From positions 1 to 46,788 of IMG/VR virus record IMGVR_UViG_3300029822_000018: 46,788 nt of DNA. One strand, given 5' to 3'. The notes under the pieces are model-generated. The model worked only from the letters and a program-made list of their open reading frames with translations. It did not search any database and had not been told where the DNA came from. Shown in pieces: positions 1-9,453 of this stretch. How positions within the stretch are numbered: position 1 is the first letter of the stretch; each line of letters begins with the position of its first letter. Origin of the DNA: a virus. Lineage: Duplodnaviria; Caudoviricetes. The translations under genes were made by a program, and so were the position numbers.

Positions 1-98
1 GAGCTTTCCTGCGCTACCGTAAACGTCCTCATCGGACCACCTCCTGGAGTTGGATCTCATCCACCCGCGCAAGACCTCCAGGCTCAAGCCCCAGGCCG
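1..98. repeat. Terminal direct repeat, copy 1 (circular assembly overlap)
   Basis: Bases 1-98 are identical to 46689-46786. Gene order (Dit then hub) continues across the junction. Confidence 0.95.
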
Positions 99-1297
99 AT
101 GGAGTCGTCAGCAAAACGGACCAAACAATCGAACTCACCAGATGCCCAGACCCTGCCGGCTGGAGCAATCCCAAACGTGGCAACGCCCGTCTGGTAGTCG
201 ATCGAGTATTGGCTATCGTAAATCTCTCCCATGTCATCATGGAGGGTGATGGAGAACGGGACGGGGCGAATGATGGGACGAATGTAGGAATACCCCGCCG
301 CACTGTACCGCTTGGCAAGCTGGACTGTGGAGCCAGAGACCACGCACTCCTCACGATCGAGCTTGAAGTCTCGCCAGTCCCGAAGCCGAAAGGTGTAGCC
401 CTGCCCGTAATGCGCCATAAACCAGCCAAGGACCTGCTTAAGCTCACCACCGTCCAGAGCTTCGAGTCCGACCGAGAAGGGCTGCCCGATCTGATCATTG
501 AGCCTGGTCCGCCGCTCCTGACCGTTGGCCACCCGCTCGATCAGAGCTTGATAAGCTGGGCCGCTCGAAAACCCCCAGTCCGAAAACGGGAACCTCGCCG
601 CGGTGAATGGATGGTTGCCGTCTAGACACTCAAGCAGGCCGCAATCGCGTGCTAGAATGCCCTCCGCATGCTGGAGGTCTGCCGCAGTGAGAACGCCCTC
701 CCAAATGGCAAGGTGCGCCAGGTAGCCGTCGAAATAGGAACTTGTGGCGTCGCTCTTCGACCCGATCGCGAACCCACCCGAAAGCGGGGTGGCTGTGTAG
801 GCGCCGGAATTGACCTCGGTCCCATTGACCCGGACCGACACTGTACCTGCTGTAGCATCAGCGACCACACTCATGATCTGTGGGCCTGGAGTCCAATCGC
901 CGGTAGTCCAGCCGTCCGTCGACGTGTAGAACCCGCTTCGGTTGGCGACCTTCTCCACCGCGCCAATGACCATCCGCGCCGTTTCAGAGTCGAACAGATA
1001 CCGGTAGACCGTGCTCCAGTCGTCACCTGGGTCATACGCCACAATGATGGTCCAGTCCGTGTTTGCGTTGGTCAGGTCAGCAATGGTCAGCCCCTGCCCG
1101 CCCGAGAACTCGACTGCAGCAACGCCCTCAGGGAAAGGGCCCGTGTCCAGGACCGGTTGCTTGCTCGCAGTAGCCTGGGCAACTGTGAGACCCGTGACCT
1201 GATCCTCCCACGCCGCCACCTTGCCGCTGGATAGCGTGACCCCTGCATCAGCACGCCACCAGTATTTGAGCCCGGAGATGTCAGTCAGATCAGCCAT
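29..1297 (-). CDS. Distal tail protein (DUF2460-like) with N-terminal LamG-like domain
   Basis: Start taken at MADLTD, after GGAGG and overlapping the upstream stop. N-terminus WWRADAG..V..W.D and YFDG.LA.LAIW is LamG-like. C-terminus FP..WGFSSGPAY..I...NGQE.R, FRLRDWRDF, GEFD..VRF is DUF2460-like. Confidence 0.8.
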   Translation of the reverse strand: MADLTDISGLKYWWRADAGVTLSSGKVAAWEDQVTGLTVAQATASKQPVLDTGPFPEGVAAVEFSGGQGLTIADLTNANTDWTIIVAYDPGDDWSTVYRYLFDSETARMVIGAVEKVANRSGFYTSTDGWTTGDWTPGPQIMSVVADATAGTVSVRVNGTEVNSGAYTATPLSGGFAIGSKSDATSSYFDGYLAHLAIWEGVLTAADLQHAEGILARDCGLLECLDGNHPFTAARFPFSDWGFSSGPAYQALIERVANGQERRTRLNDQIGQPFSVGLEALDGGELKQVLGWFMAHYGQGYTFRLRDWRDFKLDREECVVSGSTVQLAKRYSAAGYSYIRPIIRPVPFSITLHDDMGEIYDSQYSIDYQTGVATFGIAPAGRVWASGEFDCLVRFADDSIGLGLEPGGLARVDEIQLQEVVR

Positions 1298-1982
1298 GGG
1301 CCACCTCCTGCACCTCGACCGAGCCGATAGCGTACACGTCCGCAGTCTCAACCGTGGCCATGACATCCTCACGGCTGAATCTCGCCTGCATGTAATACCT
1401 CCCAGAGATGAGCAGAGACGCCCCAGCCGGTAGTGGCTCGGTCAGGGTGACCACGCCGTTGTCATAGTCGACAACATAATCGGTCCCCTCTGTAGCCGCT
1501 GGGCTCGACCCCTTCCACTGGTCGCAGATGTAGACCGTCACCGATCCGCGCTCCAGGCTCTTAATGGGGATGTCAATTGTCCGTCCCCCGGCACGCCACC
1601 GCTTCCGCACGCCAAAAACGGTGGTGACATCATCGCCCCAGCCGATGACCTCGCGCTCCAGCTCGTAATCGATCGGGTTTCTAAATTTGAATGCGTGGGT
1701 CTGGCCCCAGCAGGCCCTGAAAAAATCCGTCACCTCATCAGCCGTGACAGGCTCCTGCTCACCGATAGGGACTGTCCATTCCCACAGCGGCCGAGATGCA
1801 AGGATTGCCCGGGTCTCCTCACCAGCTCGATTGACCCAGATCTCGGTCCGGAACCTTGGGCCGCCCTCAGCCCACCGGGAGAGCAGCTCCGGGAACTCTG
1901 GCTTCTGGACTGTCTCGGTCGTGGTGATCCGGTCGGAGTATTCGACCTCTACGAAGACCTGTCCAACGCGTAACTCTTTCAT
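1290..1982 (-). CDS. Distal tail protein (DUF2460/TIGR02217-like)
   Basis: Motifs GGPRFRTEI..GEE.R, FF.A..GQ..AFKFRNP.DY, VDY.NGVVT; directly follows the tape measure gene. Confidence 0.82.
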   Translation of the reverse strand: MKELRVGQVFVEVEYSDRITTTETVQKPEFPELLSRWAEGGPRFRTEIWVNRAGEETRAILASRPLWEWTVPIGEQEPVTADEVTDFFRACWGQTHAFKFRNPIDYELEREVIGWGDDVTTVFGVRKRWRAGGRTIDIPIKSLERGSVTVYICDQWKGSSPAATEGTDYVVDYDNGVVTLTEPLPAGASLLISGRYYMQARFSREDVMATVETADVYAIGSVEVQEVAHG

Positions 1983-4735
1983 CAGATCCCCCTCACGCTA
2001 CGCAGGAGCCGCCCGCGCGATTGGCTGAATGATGTGGCATCAGAGACCCCAGGCACAACAAGGGTCGTATACCTCGGGGCGAAAACCATCCCGCCACCAC
2101 CGCCCACCTGGGTCGTAGGAACCGACCGACCATCCGGCAGTGGGATGACCACCTCATCAGGATGCGCCACGATCGGGATCCCGTCAGGCCGCCCACCAGA
2201 GGCAAATGATGGAGCCCCAGCGAAGGAATAGGCTGATGCAACCGTATGGGTCAAGAGGCCGTCGGTATACCCTCCGATCTCAGCCAGCCCGCCACCTCCA
2301 GGCCCGAGAGGGCCGCCCGAAACAGGGGCCGCTCCACCACCGCCCCAAAGACCGCCCGCGATGCTGCCAATCGTCGAGCTGATGACCCCAACAATAGGCT
2401 CAGAGATCAGCTTTTCGGTGGCCAGTCGCCGGACAGAGTCGAGGATCGAGTTGAAAAACTTTCGACCGTGGAACTCGCCAGACATGAACGCCTCAGTAAT
2501 CTGGTTCTCCACCTGGACGAATGCCTGGGCAACCTCGTACGCCATGGTCTTGATACCTGACAGCTCCTCTCTGTAGATGCGTGCACCTTCCGCCACATTG
2601 GCCAGGGCGGACTCCTGGAGCCTGATTTTCTGGGCCAGCTCTTCCTCTAGGAGGACAAGCCGCTCGGTCTCGGAAGGCATATCCCGCTTAGCCTGCTGGA
2701 TCCGCTCGTATTGCTCCTTCATCCCCTCCAGGGTCTCGGACTGCTGCCCGAGGAGGGAGTCGTTGCGCTCCAATAGGTCCCCGTACTCCTCCTCCCAGCC
2801 AACCATAGACTCATAGACGGCCAGGTCTTCCGCCCCGTAAGCCGCACGGCCGCCTGCGTCCTCATAGATGCCGCCCGCGTATCCGAGGGTTTCAGAATCG
2901 CCCCCGTATTGGCTTTGCTTGGCTCCACCATAGGTCGATTCATAAAGCGCGATGTCAGCGGCACCGCGACCACCTGGTTGGTTCGGAATCCCAAAGGATG
3001 AGGCCGATGAAGGCATCTGAAAAGTGTTTGACCCATCGACTGGGATCATTTGCCCATTCATGACCTTAAACGCCATGGTGAGCCCCTGCTGCTTCTGCCC
3101 GGTGAATGCCTCCCCGTTTACGATCGCCTTGCGAAGGAGGTCCGCCTCGCCTTGGCTCAGCATCGTAACCGTTTCGCTTGCCGGGGTAGCGACAATCCCA
3201 GCATTCTTGCGGAAGGCGTCGCGGGATGCTTCTTCTAGTGCCTGCTTGGTCCGCTCGCCAGCCCAAGAGGTCAGGGCTGGGCTTTTGAGAATATCGCTGT
3301 AAGGGTCAATAGGACCGCGCAGATCGTCCAACACCTTGCCCTTTTTACGCTCGTCCATGATGTCAGAGACGATGTCGTAGGAGCGATAAAGAGAAAGCCC
3401 GGTCAGCGCCGCCGCCGCAGCAATCGCGGCAGACTGGAGCGACAAAAGAGAGGCTGTAATCCCGCCCATAGTCAGGCCAGACGCAAGCCCGCCCATCTTC
3501 CACCCAGCGCCGAGGGCGAGAATAGTGGGGCCATGCTCAGTCAGAAAATCGCCAAACGCGACGGCCTTCTTATTCACGTCGTCCATTTCACCGCCGACCC
3601 CACTCAGTACCTTGATGAGATCCGATGAGAAGGAGAGCGCATCCTTCAAGATGTTGGCAACGTCGTTCTGGCTTCCCTTTTGTAGGATGACGGACTCGAC
3701 AGTGGATTTGAGCAGGTTCCACTTGCCGATAATCGTGTCCGACATCATATCGGCCTTGCGCTGGGTCTCACCGAACGAATCGCCAACCTGCTGCAAAAGC
3801 CCGGGGAGCTTCTCGTAATTGGCCACCAGCTGCATGAGCTTGACGCCCATTTCGACCTCGACCAGCTTATTGGCCTGCGCAAGGGTCAGCCCAGCCTCGC
3901 CGAATTTCTTAATGATGTCTTCGGCCTTATTCTTGGTCGGGTCGATGTCTTCGTATTTGAGCCCAAGCTCTTCAAGAACACCCTTAGCCGTGGCGCTCGT
4001 GTCCGCCTTCAGTAGCTTTGGGAATACGGACCGATATGCAGTCCCACCCTCAGCTCCACGGGTCCCCTGCTCAGCCCACAGAGCAAGGATTGACATCGTG
4101 CTTTCGATCTCCCAGCCAAACTGGCGAGCCACCGCGCCAGCGCTCACCATCGCCTGACCAAGTTCTCGAACGGTTGTATTGGCCGAGCTTGCGGTCTTGG
4201 AGTAAAGATCCGCAACATTGGCCGACCGCTCCACCTCTAGATTCATGATCTTCAAGGTGTCGGTCAGGAACCCAGCCGCCTCATCCATTGACAGCTGTTC
4301 GGCAATGGCCAAGTTGAGGGCGTCCTTGGTCATGGCCGCGGTTTCGGCAACTGTTCGACCGGAGCGCATGAGCGTTTCCTGCGCCGCCTGTGCCTGGGTT
4401 GCCGTAAATGCCGTCGTAGCCCCAAGCTTTTGAGCGTTCTTGTCCAACCGGTCAAATTCATCCGCCGTGATCTTGGTGACCGAAGCGGTGGCCTTCAACT
4501 GCCTGTCATAGTCCCCAAAGATATTGATGGACTTGTAAATAGCCGCGCCTGCGCCAATAGTGGGAACGATAGTTGCCAGGGTCTTAAACGCGCCGGTCAA
4601 TCGATTGACAGCAGCCTGCCCGCGCTGGCTCTGGTTCTCGATCCCCTGCATCTCCTTCTTGACCGACTGCGCGCCGGTCTTGGCTGGTGCCGGGTCAATG
4701 ACCAGCTGTAGAGTCCTGCTAATTGATTCCGGCAT
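1982..4735 (-). CDS. Tail tape measure protein (TP901 family)
   Basis: ~917 aa, Ala-rich. Motifs LGATTAFTATQA, SANTTV.ELG, G..GGTA.R; C-terminal FASGG..PIVAH.DEVVIP. Confidence 0.92.
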   Translation of the reverse strand: MPESISRTLQLVIDPAPAKTGAQSVKKEMQGIENQSQRGQAAVNRLTGAFKTLATIVPTIGAGAAIYKSINIFGDYDRQLKATASVTKITADEFDRLDKNAQKLGATTAFTATQAQAAQETLMRSGRTVAETAAMTKDALNLAIAEQLSMDEAAGFLTDTLKIMNLEVERSANVADLYSKTASSANTTVRELGQAMVSAGAVARQFGWEIESTMSILALWAEQGTRGAEGGTAYRSVFPKLLKADTSATAKGVLEELGLKYEDIDPTKNKAEDIIKKFGEAGLTLAQANKLVEVEMGVKLMQLVANYEKLPGLLQQVGDSFGETQRKADMMSDTIIGKWNLLKSTVESVILQKGSQNDVANILKDALSFSSDLIKVLSGVGGEMDDVNKKAVAFGDFLTEHGPTILALGAGWKMGGLASGLTMGGITASLLSLQSAAIAAAAALTGLSLYRSYDIVSDIMDERKKGKVLDDLRGPIDPYSDILKSPALTSWAGERTKQALEEASRDAFRKNAGIVATPASETVTMLSQGEADLLRKAIVNGEAFTGQKQQGLTMAFKVMNGQMIPVDGSNTFQMPSSASSFGIPNQPGGRGAADIALYESTYGGAKQSQYGGDSETLGYAGGIYEDAGGRAAYGAEDLAVYESMVGWEEEYGDLLERNDSLLGQQSETLEGMKEQYERIQQAKRDMPSETERLVLLEEELAQKIRLQESALANVAEGARIYREELSGIKTMAYEVAQAFVQVENQITEAFMSGEFHGRKFFNSILDSVRRLATEKLISEPIVGVISSTIGSIAGGLWGGGGAAPVSGGPLGPGGGGLAEIGGYTDGLLTHTVASAYSFAGAPSFASGGRPDGIPIVAHPDEVVIPLPDGRSVPTTQVGGGGGMVFAPRYTTLVVPGVSDATSFSQSRGRLLRSVRGI

Positions 4736-5087
4736 CACGCTCCTCCTTCATCATGGCAAGATACTCCCGGTCGACCCGTTGCAGGATGCGCACGTAGACG
4801 CGTTTTTCGGACTCGGACAGCGTGTCGTAAAGGCGGTCCATATACTCAAACCATCGCAGTGGAGGAATGGGTCCAGGTACGGCACCCATACCCGTGGAGA
4901 TGTAGGCCCGGTCTGAATCGCGCAGATCCCACCAAACCCTACGGACGATGGACAGGTCAGCGCCGAAATCCGGGGCATCTCGAAGCGGTGGTACGTTCTC
5001 GCGCCCGATCTGCTTGGCCAGCCGGTCGAGTTCTTCGAGCTTTCCGCCCCATGAATTGAGCCACCGGATTTCATAGATCAGGCTTCC
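4719..5087 (-). CDS. Tail assembly chaperone frameshift extension (gpT-like, -1 frame)
   Basis: After GGGGGAA the -1 frame is open for 122 codons (GSLIYEIRWLNSW...WWDLRDSDR..MG..GPIP..DREYL..IN*) with no upstream start of its own. Confidence 0.85.
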   Translation of the reverse strand, partial: GSLIYEIRWLNSWGGKLEELDRLAKQIGRENVPPLRDAPDFGADLSIVRRVWWDLRDSDRAYISTGMGAVPGPIPPLRWFEYMDRLYDTLSESEKRVYVRILQRVDREYLAMMKEERDAGIN

Positions 5088-5494
5088 CCCAGGCCGCGCT
5101 CCTCCTCCTGAAGATATGCAGCCACGTCATTGGCGCACTTATCGATGATCTCACGCACCCGCAGCTTCGAGCAGATCTTGAGGGCGTCCTCTTCGTTGTA
5201 CTCGTCAGAAACCCCATCGATCCCCTTCCAGCCTGCCAACAGTCCATCGGCGAAGAGCCGCGCGTTCAACTCTTCAATCACAGCCTTGCACTGATCTCTC
5301 TGCGCCTTGCCTACAGCCTCATCCTTGGCCTTATAGGCATCATTCAGGGGTTTGTGGTACCGAGCCCTCGCCAGCTCAAACCGCTCCGACCTCAGCGATA
5401 CAACCAGGTACTCCACCTCGGGGAAAAGCGGGTCCTTGACCCACACCCCATCCTCGATCTTGCGAAAATCATAGTCCAAGCAGTCCAACTTCAT
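5078..5494 (-). CDS. Tail assembly chaperone (gpG-like)
   Basis: Lies between tube and tape measure genes. Motifs GVWV, LL.GWKGI; ends LGEA* on a slippery site. Confidence 0.85.
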   Translation of the reverse strand: MKLDCLDYDFRKIEDGVWVKDPLFPEVEYLVVSLRSERFELARARYHKPLNDAYKAKDEAVGKAQRDQCKAVIEELNARLFADGLLAGWKGIDGVSDEYNEEDALKICSKLRVREIIDKCANDVAAYLQEEERGLGEA

Positions 5495-5496
5495 CC

Positions 5497-7713
5497 CTAC
5501 ACCTCCGTAATTGGTTCCAGCATATCCGCCGCGATCCGATACCCCGCCGAGGCATCGGCCAAAAGTTTCCATCCGTACGAAATGTCACCGGAGCGCCCGG
5601 CCCCCTCTGGGCTTGGGTCGACCTTCGCCGTCACACTCGGCATGTAGATCGAGACAAAGGACTGGGCCGCATTCTGCATCGTCAGGATCAGCTCGCCGGC
5701 CTTACCTTCGATGATCTCGGCCAGGGCCTCGTGATCATCGTAATAGACCGAGATGCTGCCCTCGATCCTGCTTTCAGCCACTCGTTTCACCCCAGACGGC
5801 CTCGGATCTGACCTGGTCCAGTGCCAGTCCAGCGAGTTCTCGACCGACACCCTGAACGAGGTCACCCTGTCCAATAGACTCACCCCGCCGAAGGACAAAT
5901 CAAGGATGTGCTTCGAGCCGAAGACCGCCTCATCGGTGTAATCCTGCCAATCGACACCCTGCGAGACCCCGAGGGGATAACCGCCGGCGCCCGTGATCCG
6001 AAAGGTGCTCATCAAGGACCCTGCCCGCACCCCGAAATTGAGGTCCCATCGCTCCACCATCTGACCCGGCATCCAGAGGTATTCCCCCGCGTCCTGGTAT
6101 TGGCGCTCAAGCTCCATAGACAGCCCGGAAAACAGGCCGTCTTTGATATGGTTGCGCTCGATGGTCAGCGGGATTTCAAGATGCCCCGCCGGGATATAGC
6201 TTCCCTCGATCCAAATGGTATCGGTTGATACAGAACTGACCCGTTTAGGTACGATGTTAACCTCCCAGAGCCCCATCCCGCTGACCCGGATCCACTGCCC
6301 CGCCTCGACCCCGAGCGCCACGAAATCGGTCCCATCAAGGGCGACGATGGAATCATCCAAGACCTTGCCGCTTGTGAGCCTGATCGTGCCCAGGTTCTCG
6401 CTCTGGAGGGCAAGCCGGATCATGTCCCACTGCTCGACCGGCCGAAATTCTGTCTCGATATTGCCGCCGTTGGTGAGCCTACTCAGCCGGTGGGTGGATG
6501 GACCAGTGCTCTGCATCGATCGGATCCGGTTTACCGGCTTGACCTCGCGCTCGGTCTTCAGCTTATCGTGGTTGACGGTGAGCGGCCGGAAATTACGTTG
6601 GCCGGCCAGGCTCAAGTCGGTTGGGTCGGAAACGTCGAGCATGACCTGTGCATCACCTGTGAACGAGGAAACGTAGACTACGTCCCGGGTTGGGTCTGCC
6701 GTTACGTAGTAGGCGTCGCCGAGGATGTCGGAATCGGTGACTGTGGTGACATACTTCAAATCGTCGATCTCAGAAACATCGTACACCGTTACGGAATGCC
6801 CGTACCGATTGGCGATGTAGGCATACCCGTCCTTGACCGCAACCGAATAGGCCGCGTTCAGGCCCGTGGCCGATGCGATGGAGTCAAAGATCCCATACCC
6901 GAGGGCGTTCATGTTCAGCGACGCGATGGAGCTTCCGCCAACGACGATGGCGTATTCGGTCCCAGGTACCCAGGCCAACGAGTGGGGTGACATCGGGATG
7001 CTGCTCAGGTCGATGTGGTAGGAAAGCGTGATACTGGTCGGGTCGTAGACGTTCCAGACACTGACCATCTGCCCAAAGATGCACGCACAAGCAACCTCGT
7101 AGGTGTCGGGGTTATAAATGGCGTGCCGTGGCCCCCTCAAGTAGGTGTGGTCCTGGACGTACCCGCGCAGGGTCAGCGATTCGAGACCCGACATGCCCAC
7201 ATCGAAGGCCAGGAGAGCATCCCCAGTAGTCCGCGTGGACCCTGGGACCGCCTCGTATGGACCACGCGCGATGACGTACAGGTAAAAGGCGTCATCATCC
7301 ACCACCGACGCAACCGGGGTGTTCATAAGTTGGTGGTTGCAGTAGGACGCCACCGTCCGCATCCGCGCAGGGTCCATCAAATCAATGGCAGTGATGGTAT
7401 TGGCACGCTCGGAAGAGCAGTAGCCGTAGCCGTATTGGCTGATAGATAGGTGCGTGGCACGGTCAATGTTGGCGCTGTCCTCATACCAGCCTACTTTACG
7501 CGGGCGGAATGGGTCTGACACGTCCAGCGCCAGCCAACCGTTTGCAGACCAGCCCGAGACGTAAAGAATATTCCCAAACAGGGTATTGGAATGGTTTCCC
7601 TCCGTGTAGTAGGAGGAACGATAAACAGCCCCAAATCGCCGATGCGGGTTTCGGTATGAGGTTTCCAGCCGGTAACCCAGGACCGAACGAATGGGGCTGT
7701 AAATCGATGTCAT
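5497..7713 (-). CDS. Second tail-tube-like protein with inserted LVIVD-type beta-propeller
   Basis: N-terminus LGYRLETSY and the C-terminal ~350 aa are colinear with the tube protein (GGNIETEFRP, S..LERQY.D, ENSL, IEGSISVY). The middle has YAYIA/LDVSDP propeller repeats. Confidence 0.7.
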   Translation of the reverse strand: MTSIYSPIRSVLGYRLETSYRNPHRRFGAVYRSSYYTEGNHSNTLFGNILYVSGWSANGWLALDVSDPFRPRKVGWYEDSANIDRATHLSISQYGYGYCSSERANTITAIDLMDPARMRTVASYCNHQLMNTPVASVVDDDAFYLYVIARGPYEAVPGSTRTTGDALLAFDVGMSGLESLTLRGYVQDHTYLRGPRHAIYNPDTYEVACACIFGQMVSVWNVYDPTSITLSYHIDLSSIPMSPHSLAWVPGTEYAIVVGGSSIASLNMNALGYGIFDSIASATGLNAAYSVAVKDGYAYIANRYGHSVTVYDVSEIDDLKYVTTVTDSDILGDAYYVTADPTRDVVYVSSFTGDAQVMLDVSDPTDLSLAGQRNFRPLTVNHDKLKTEREVKPVNRIRSMQSTGPSTHRLSRLTNGGNIETEFRPVEQWDMIRLALQSENLGTIRLTSGKVLDDSIVALDGTDFVALGVEAGQWIRVSGMGLWEVNIVPKRVSSVSTDTIWIEGSYIPAGHLEIPLTIERNHIKDGLFSGLSMELERQYQDAGEYLWMPGQMVERWDLNFGVRAGSLMSTFRITGAGGYPLGVSQGVDWQDYTDEAVFGSKHILDLSFGGVSLLDRVTSFRVSVENSLDWHWTRSDPRPSGVKRVAESRIEGSISVYYDDHEALAEIIEGKAGELILTMQNAAQSFVSIYMPSVTAKVDPSPEGAGRSGDISYGWKLLADASAGYRIAADMLEPITEV

Positions 7714-9038
7714 GATGATGATGAAACAAATGAGCCGCTTCTGAAGCATTACTTGGTATCCGACCCAGGAATGTCGATCCTGGCTAGGACTGACCCGGTT
7801 GCAGGCATGACAACCGTAAACGGGAGCCTCGCGATTAGGTACCCATTGGGGTCAGTCTTGTTTTGAGGCATGACCCGGCCAATCTGAACCCGCTCCGCCG
7901 TGAAAATGAACGGGATCGCCGAGACATCTCCATATGACAACATGATTGATTTTGTGGCCTCTGCCAAGCCCTGTGATTCGATGGCATTGTCAGAAGCAAG
8001 GAAATCAACCCATCCCGTGATGGACTGCCGACCGTGGGCGATGGCTTCAAATTTCGTACCAGCGCCAGGTTTGCCCTGGGTGTTGTTGTTGATGTTGAGT
8101 GCGAACCCAACCGGAGACGTTCCGGTCAGGGTTGTGGATCCGAATTTCACGTTGAGGATTGCGCCGTTGGCGTGAATCGGAACCGCGGTGCTGTAGGTGG
8201 AGCTTCTGGAGCCCGTGCCCAGGGTGACCCCGTTATTTGCGTATCCACCGCCGATGAAGTTGGTCGAGCAGCGAAGCACCCCACGCGCCGTGATCTCCCA
8301 GTCTTGCGAGCTGGCAACCAGGCCGGTCCCGTATTGGTACTGATTCGAGCTTTCATCCTCGTTGTCCAACTCGAAGGTAAAGGACGGCTGCTGCCAGTCG
8401 TTGGCGTAGGAGCAGATCCCAATGACCACGTCAGCAGCCGTGGAGGTGGCAACGACCGCAGAAAGATCAAACCCTGTAACCGTGATGGTGTCGTTTGCCG
8501 TGGTCCCGGTGGAGATGGACTGAATTTTCCAGGTCCCTAAACATCCGCAGGTATCCCCTGCAAATCCGATCTTGACCCACATCCCAACCGCCGCGCCCAT
8601 ATCGGCTACCCAGTCAGTGTTTCCGGTCGTTCCGACGCCTCCAGCCTCCAACGTAATCGTGAAATCAGATGCCCCGACCGCCGTGGATGTGATCGTATCG
8701 GAAGCCGCCGAGGTGGAGAGATACTGGACCCCAGTGGAGCGCATCGCCGAACGAACGAACGGATTGCCCTCACCAGGTCGGAACTCCTGGACCAAAGCCA
8801 AGGAGCTGTCTTCCCCTACCAGGTATTGTCCCTCCAGCCCGATCCTCCCGCGATGGGATTCGCTGTCACGATAGGTAGGGTTGAGCGTCAGAATCTCCCC
8901 GCCAGGAATGTAAAACAACGGCTTCAGCGCCGGGTTGCTCGGAACCGTATTCCACGCGGACTCCTCCACGTAACGAACCACCTTGCGAGCATTCTCTTTG
9001 GCCATGACTCAGACCTCCTCTTGTTTCATCATCATCAT
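7712..9038. repeat. 18-bp perfect inverted repeat (7712-7729 / 9021-9038) bracketing the tube gene
   Basis: ATGATGATGATGAAACAA at 7712-7729 and its reverse complement TTGTTTCATCATCATCAT at 9021-9038. Confidence 0.95.
7749..9005 (-). CDS. Major tail tube protein
   Basis: Follows the tail terminator, strong GAGGAGG RBS. Motifs YVEE..W.T.P, SFTFE, L.INNN, ITG...F. Confidence 0.8.
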   Translation of the reverse strand: MAKENARKVVRYVEESAWNTVPSNPALKPLFYIPGGEILTLNPTYRDSESHRGRIGLEGQYLVGEDSSLALVQEFRPGEGNPFVRSAMRSTGVQYLSTSAASDTITSTAVGASDFTITLEAGGVGTTGNTDWVADMGAAVGMWVKIGFAGDTCGCLGTWKIQSISTGTTANDTITVTGFDLSAVVATSTAADVVIGICSYANDWQQPSFTFELDNEDESSNQYQYGTGLVASSQDWEITARGVLRCSTNFIGGGYANNGVTLGTGSRSSTYSTAVPIHANGAILNVKFGSTTLTGTSPVGFALNINNNTQGKPGAGTKFEAIAHGRQSITGWVDFLASDNAIESQGLAEATKSIMLSYGDVSAIPFIFTAERVQIGRVMPQNKTDPNGYLIARLPFTVVMPATGSVLARIDIPGSDTK

Positions 9039-9451
9039 TCGACAACTGGCTTTACGTGGTCCTCGTCAGACCACCACTCGACAGTGCAATTGCACATAGG
9101 GGGCTCACCGCTTGCCACCATCCGGATCAGCTCGGTTTTTAGAACCAGTCGACCATTGGTGCCAAACCGGAGTGTTTTCGACCGCAGAATAGCCCCAGCC
9201 GCTTCCGCGTAAGCACGGAGCCGCGAGAGCCCAGCCCGATCCCTTGAAAAGACCTGGATCGTAACCAAGCCGCTCTTTAGGTGGGTGACCGTCGTCCCGC
9301 GGGTCAGCTCTTCACCGAACTCTTCCAGATAATGGAACCGCGCCCAATACGGATCCCCTGGATTCGAATCCCCGGAAGCGCCCTCCAGGAGCGGAATCCG
9401 GTTGGCCCACTCCCGGTGGAAGAACCTACGGATCGTCTGGTATGCGGTCAT
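9035..9451 (-). CDS. Tail terminator-like protein
   Basis: Position and size fit; motifs YWARF, G.VTIQVF...G. Confidence 0.7.
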   Translation of the reverse strand: MTAYQTIRRFFHREWANRIPLLEGASGDSNPGDPYWARFHYLEEFGEELTRGTTVTHLKSGLVTIQVFSRDRAGLSRLRAYAEAAGAILRSKTLRFGTNGRLVLKTELIRMVASGEPPMCNCTVEWWSDEDHVKPVVE

Positions 9452-9453
9452 TG

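Noticed and set aside
1-98. Biological terminal repeat or att site
   Set aside because: It spans coding sequence at a gene junction and its length is typical of an assembler overlap.
4751-5074. 107-aa ORF listed in the track
   Set aside because: The overlapping -1 frame (4719-5087) gives the chaperone-like sequence; this frame looks non-coding.
7712-9038. Invertase-driven DNA switch
   Set aside because: No recombinase is seen and inversion would silence an essential tube gene. Kept instead as an RNA-pairing hypothesis.
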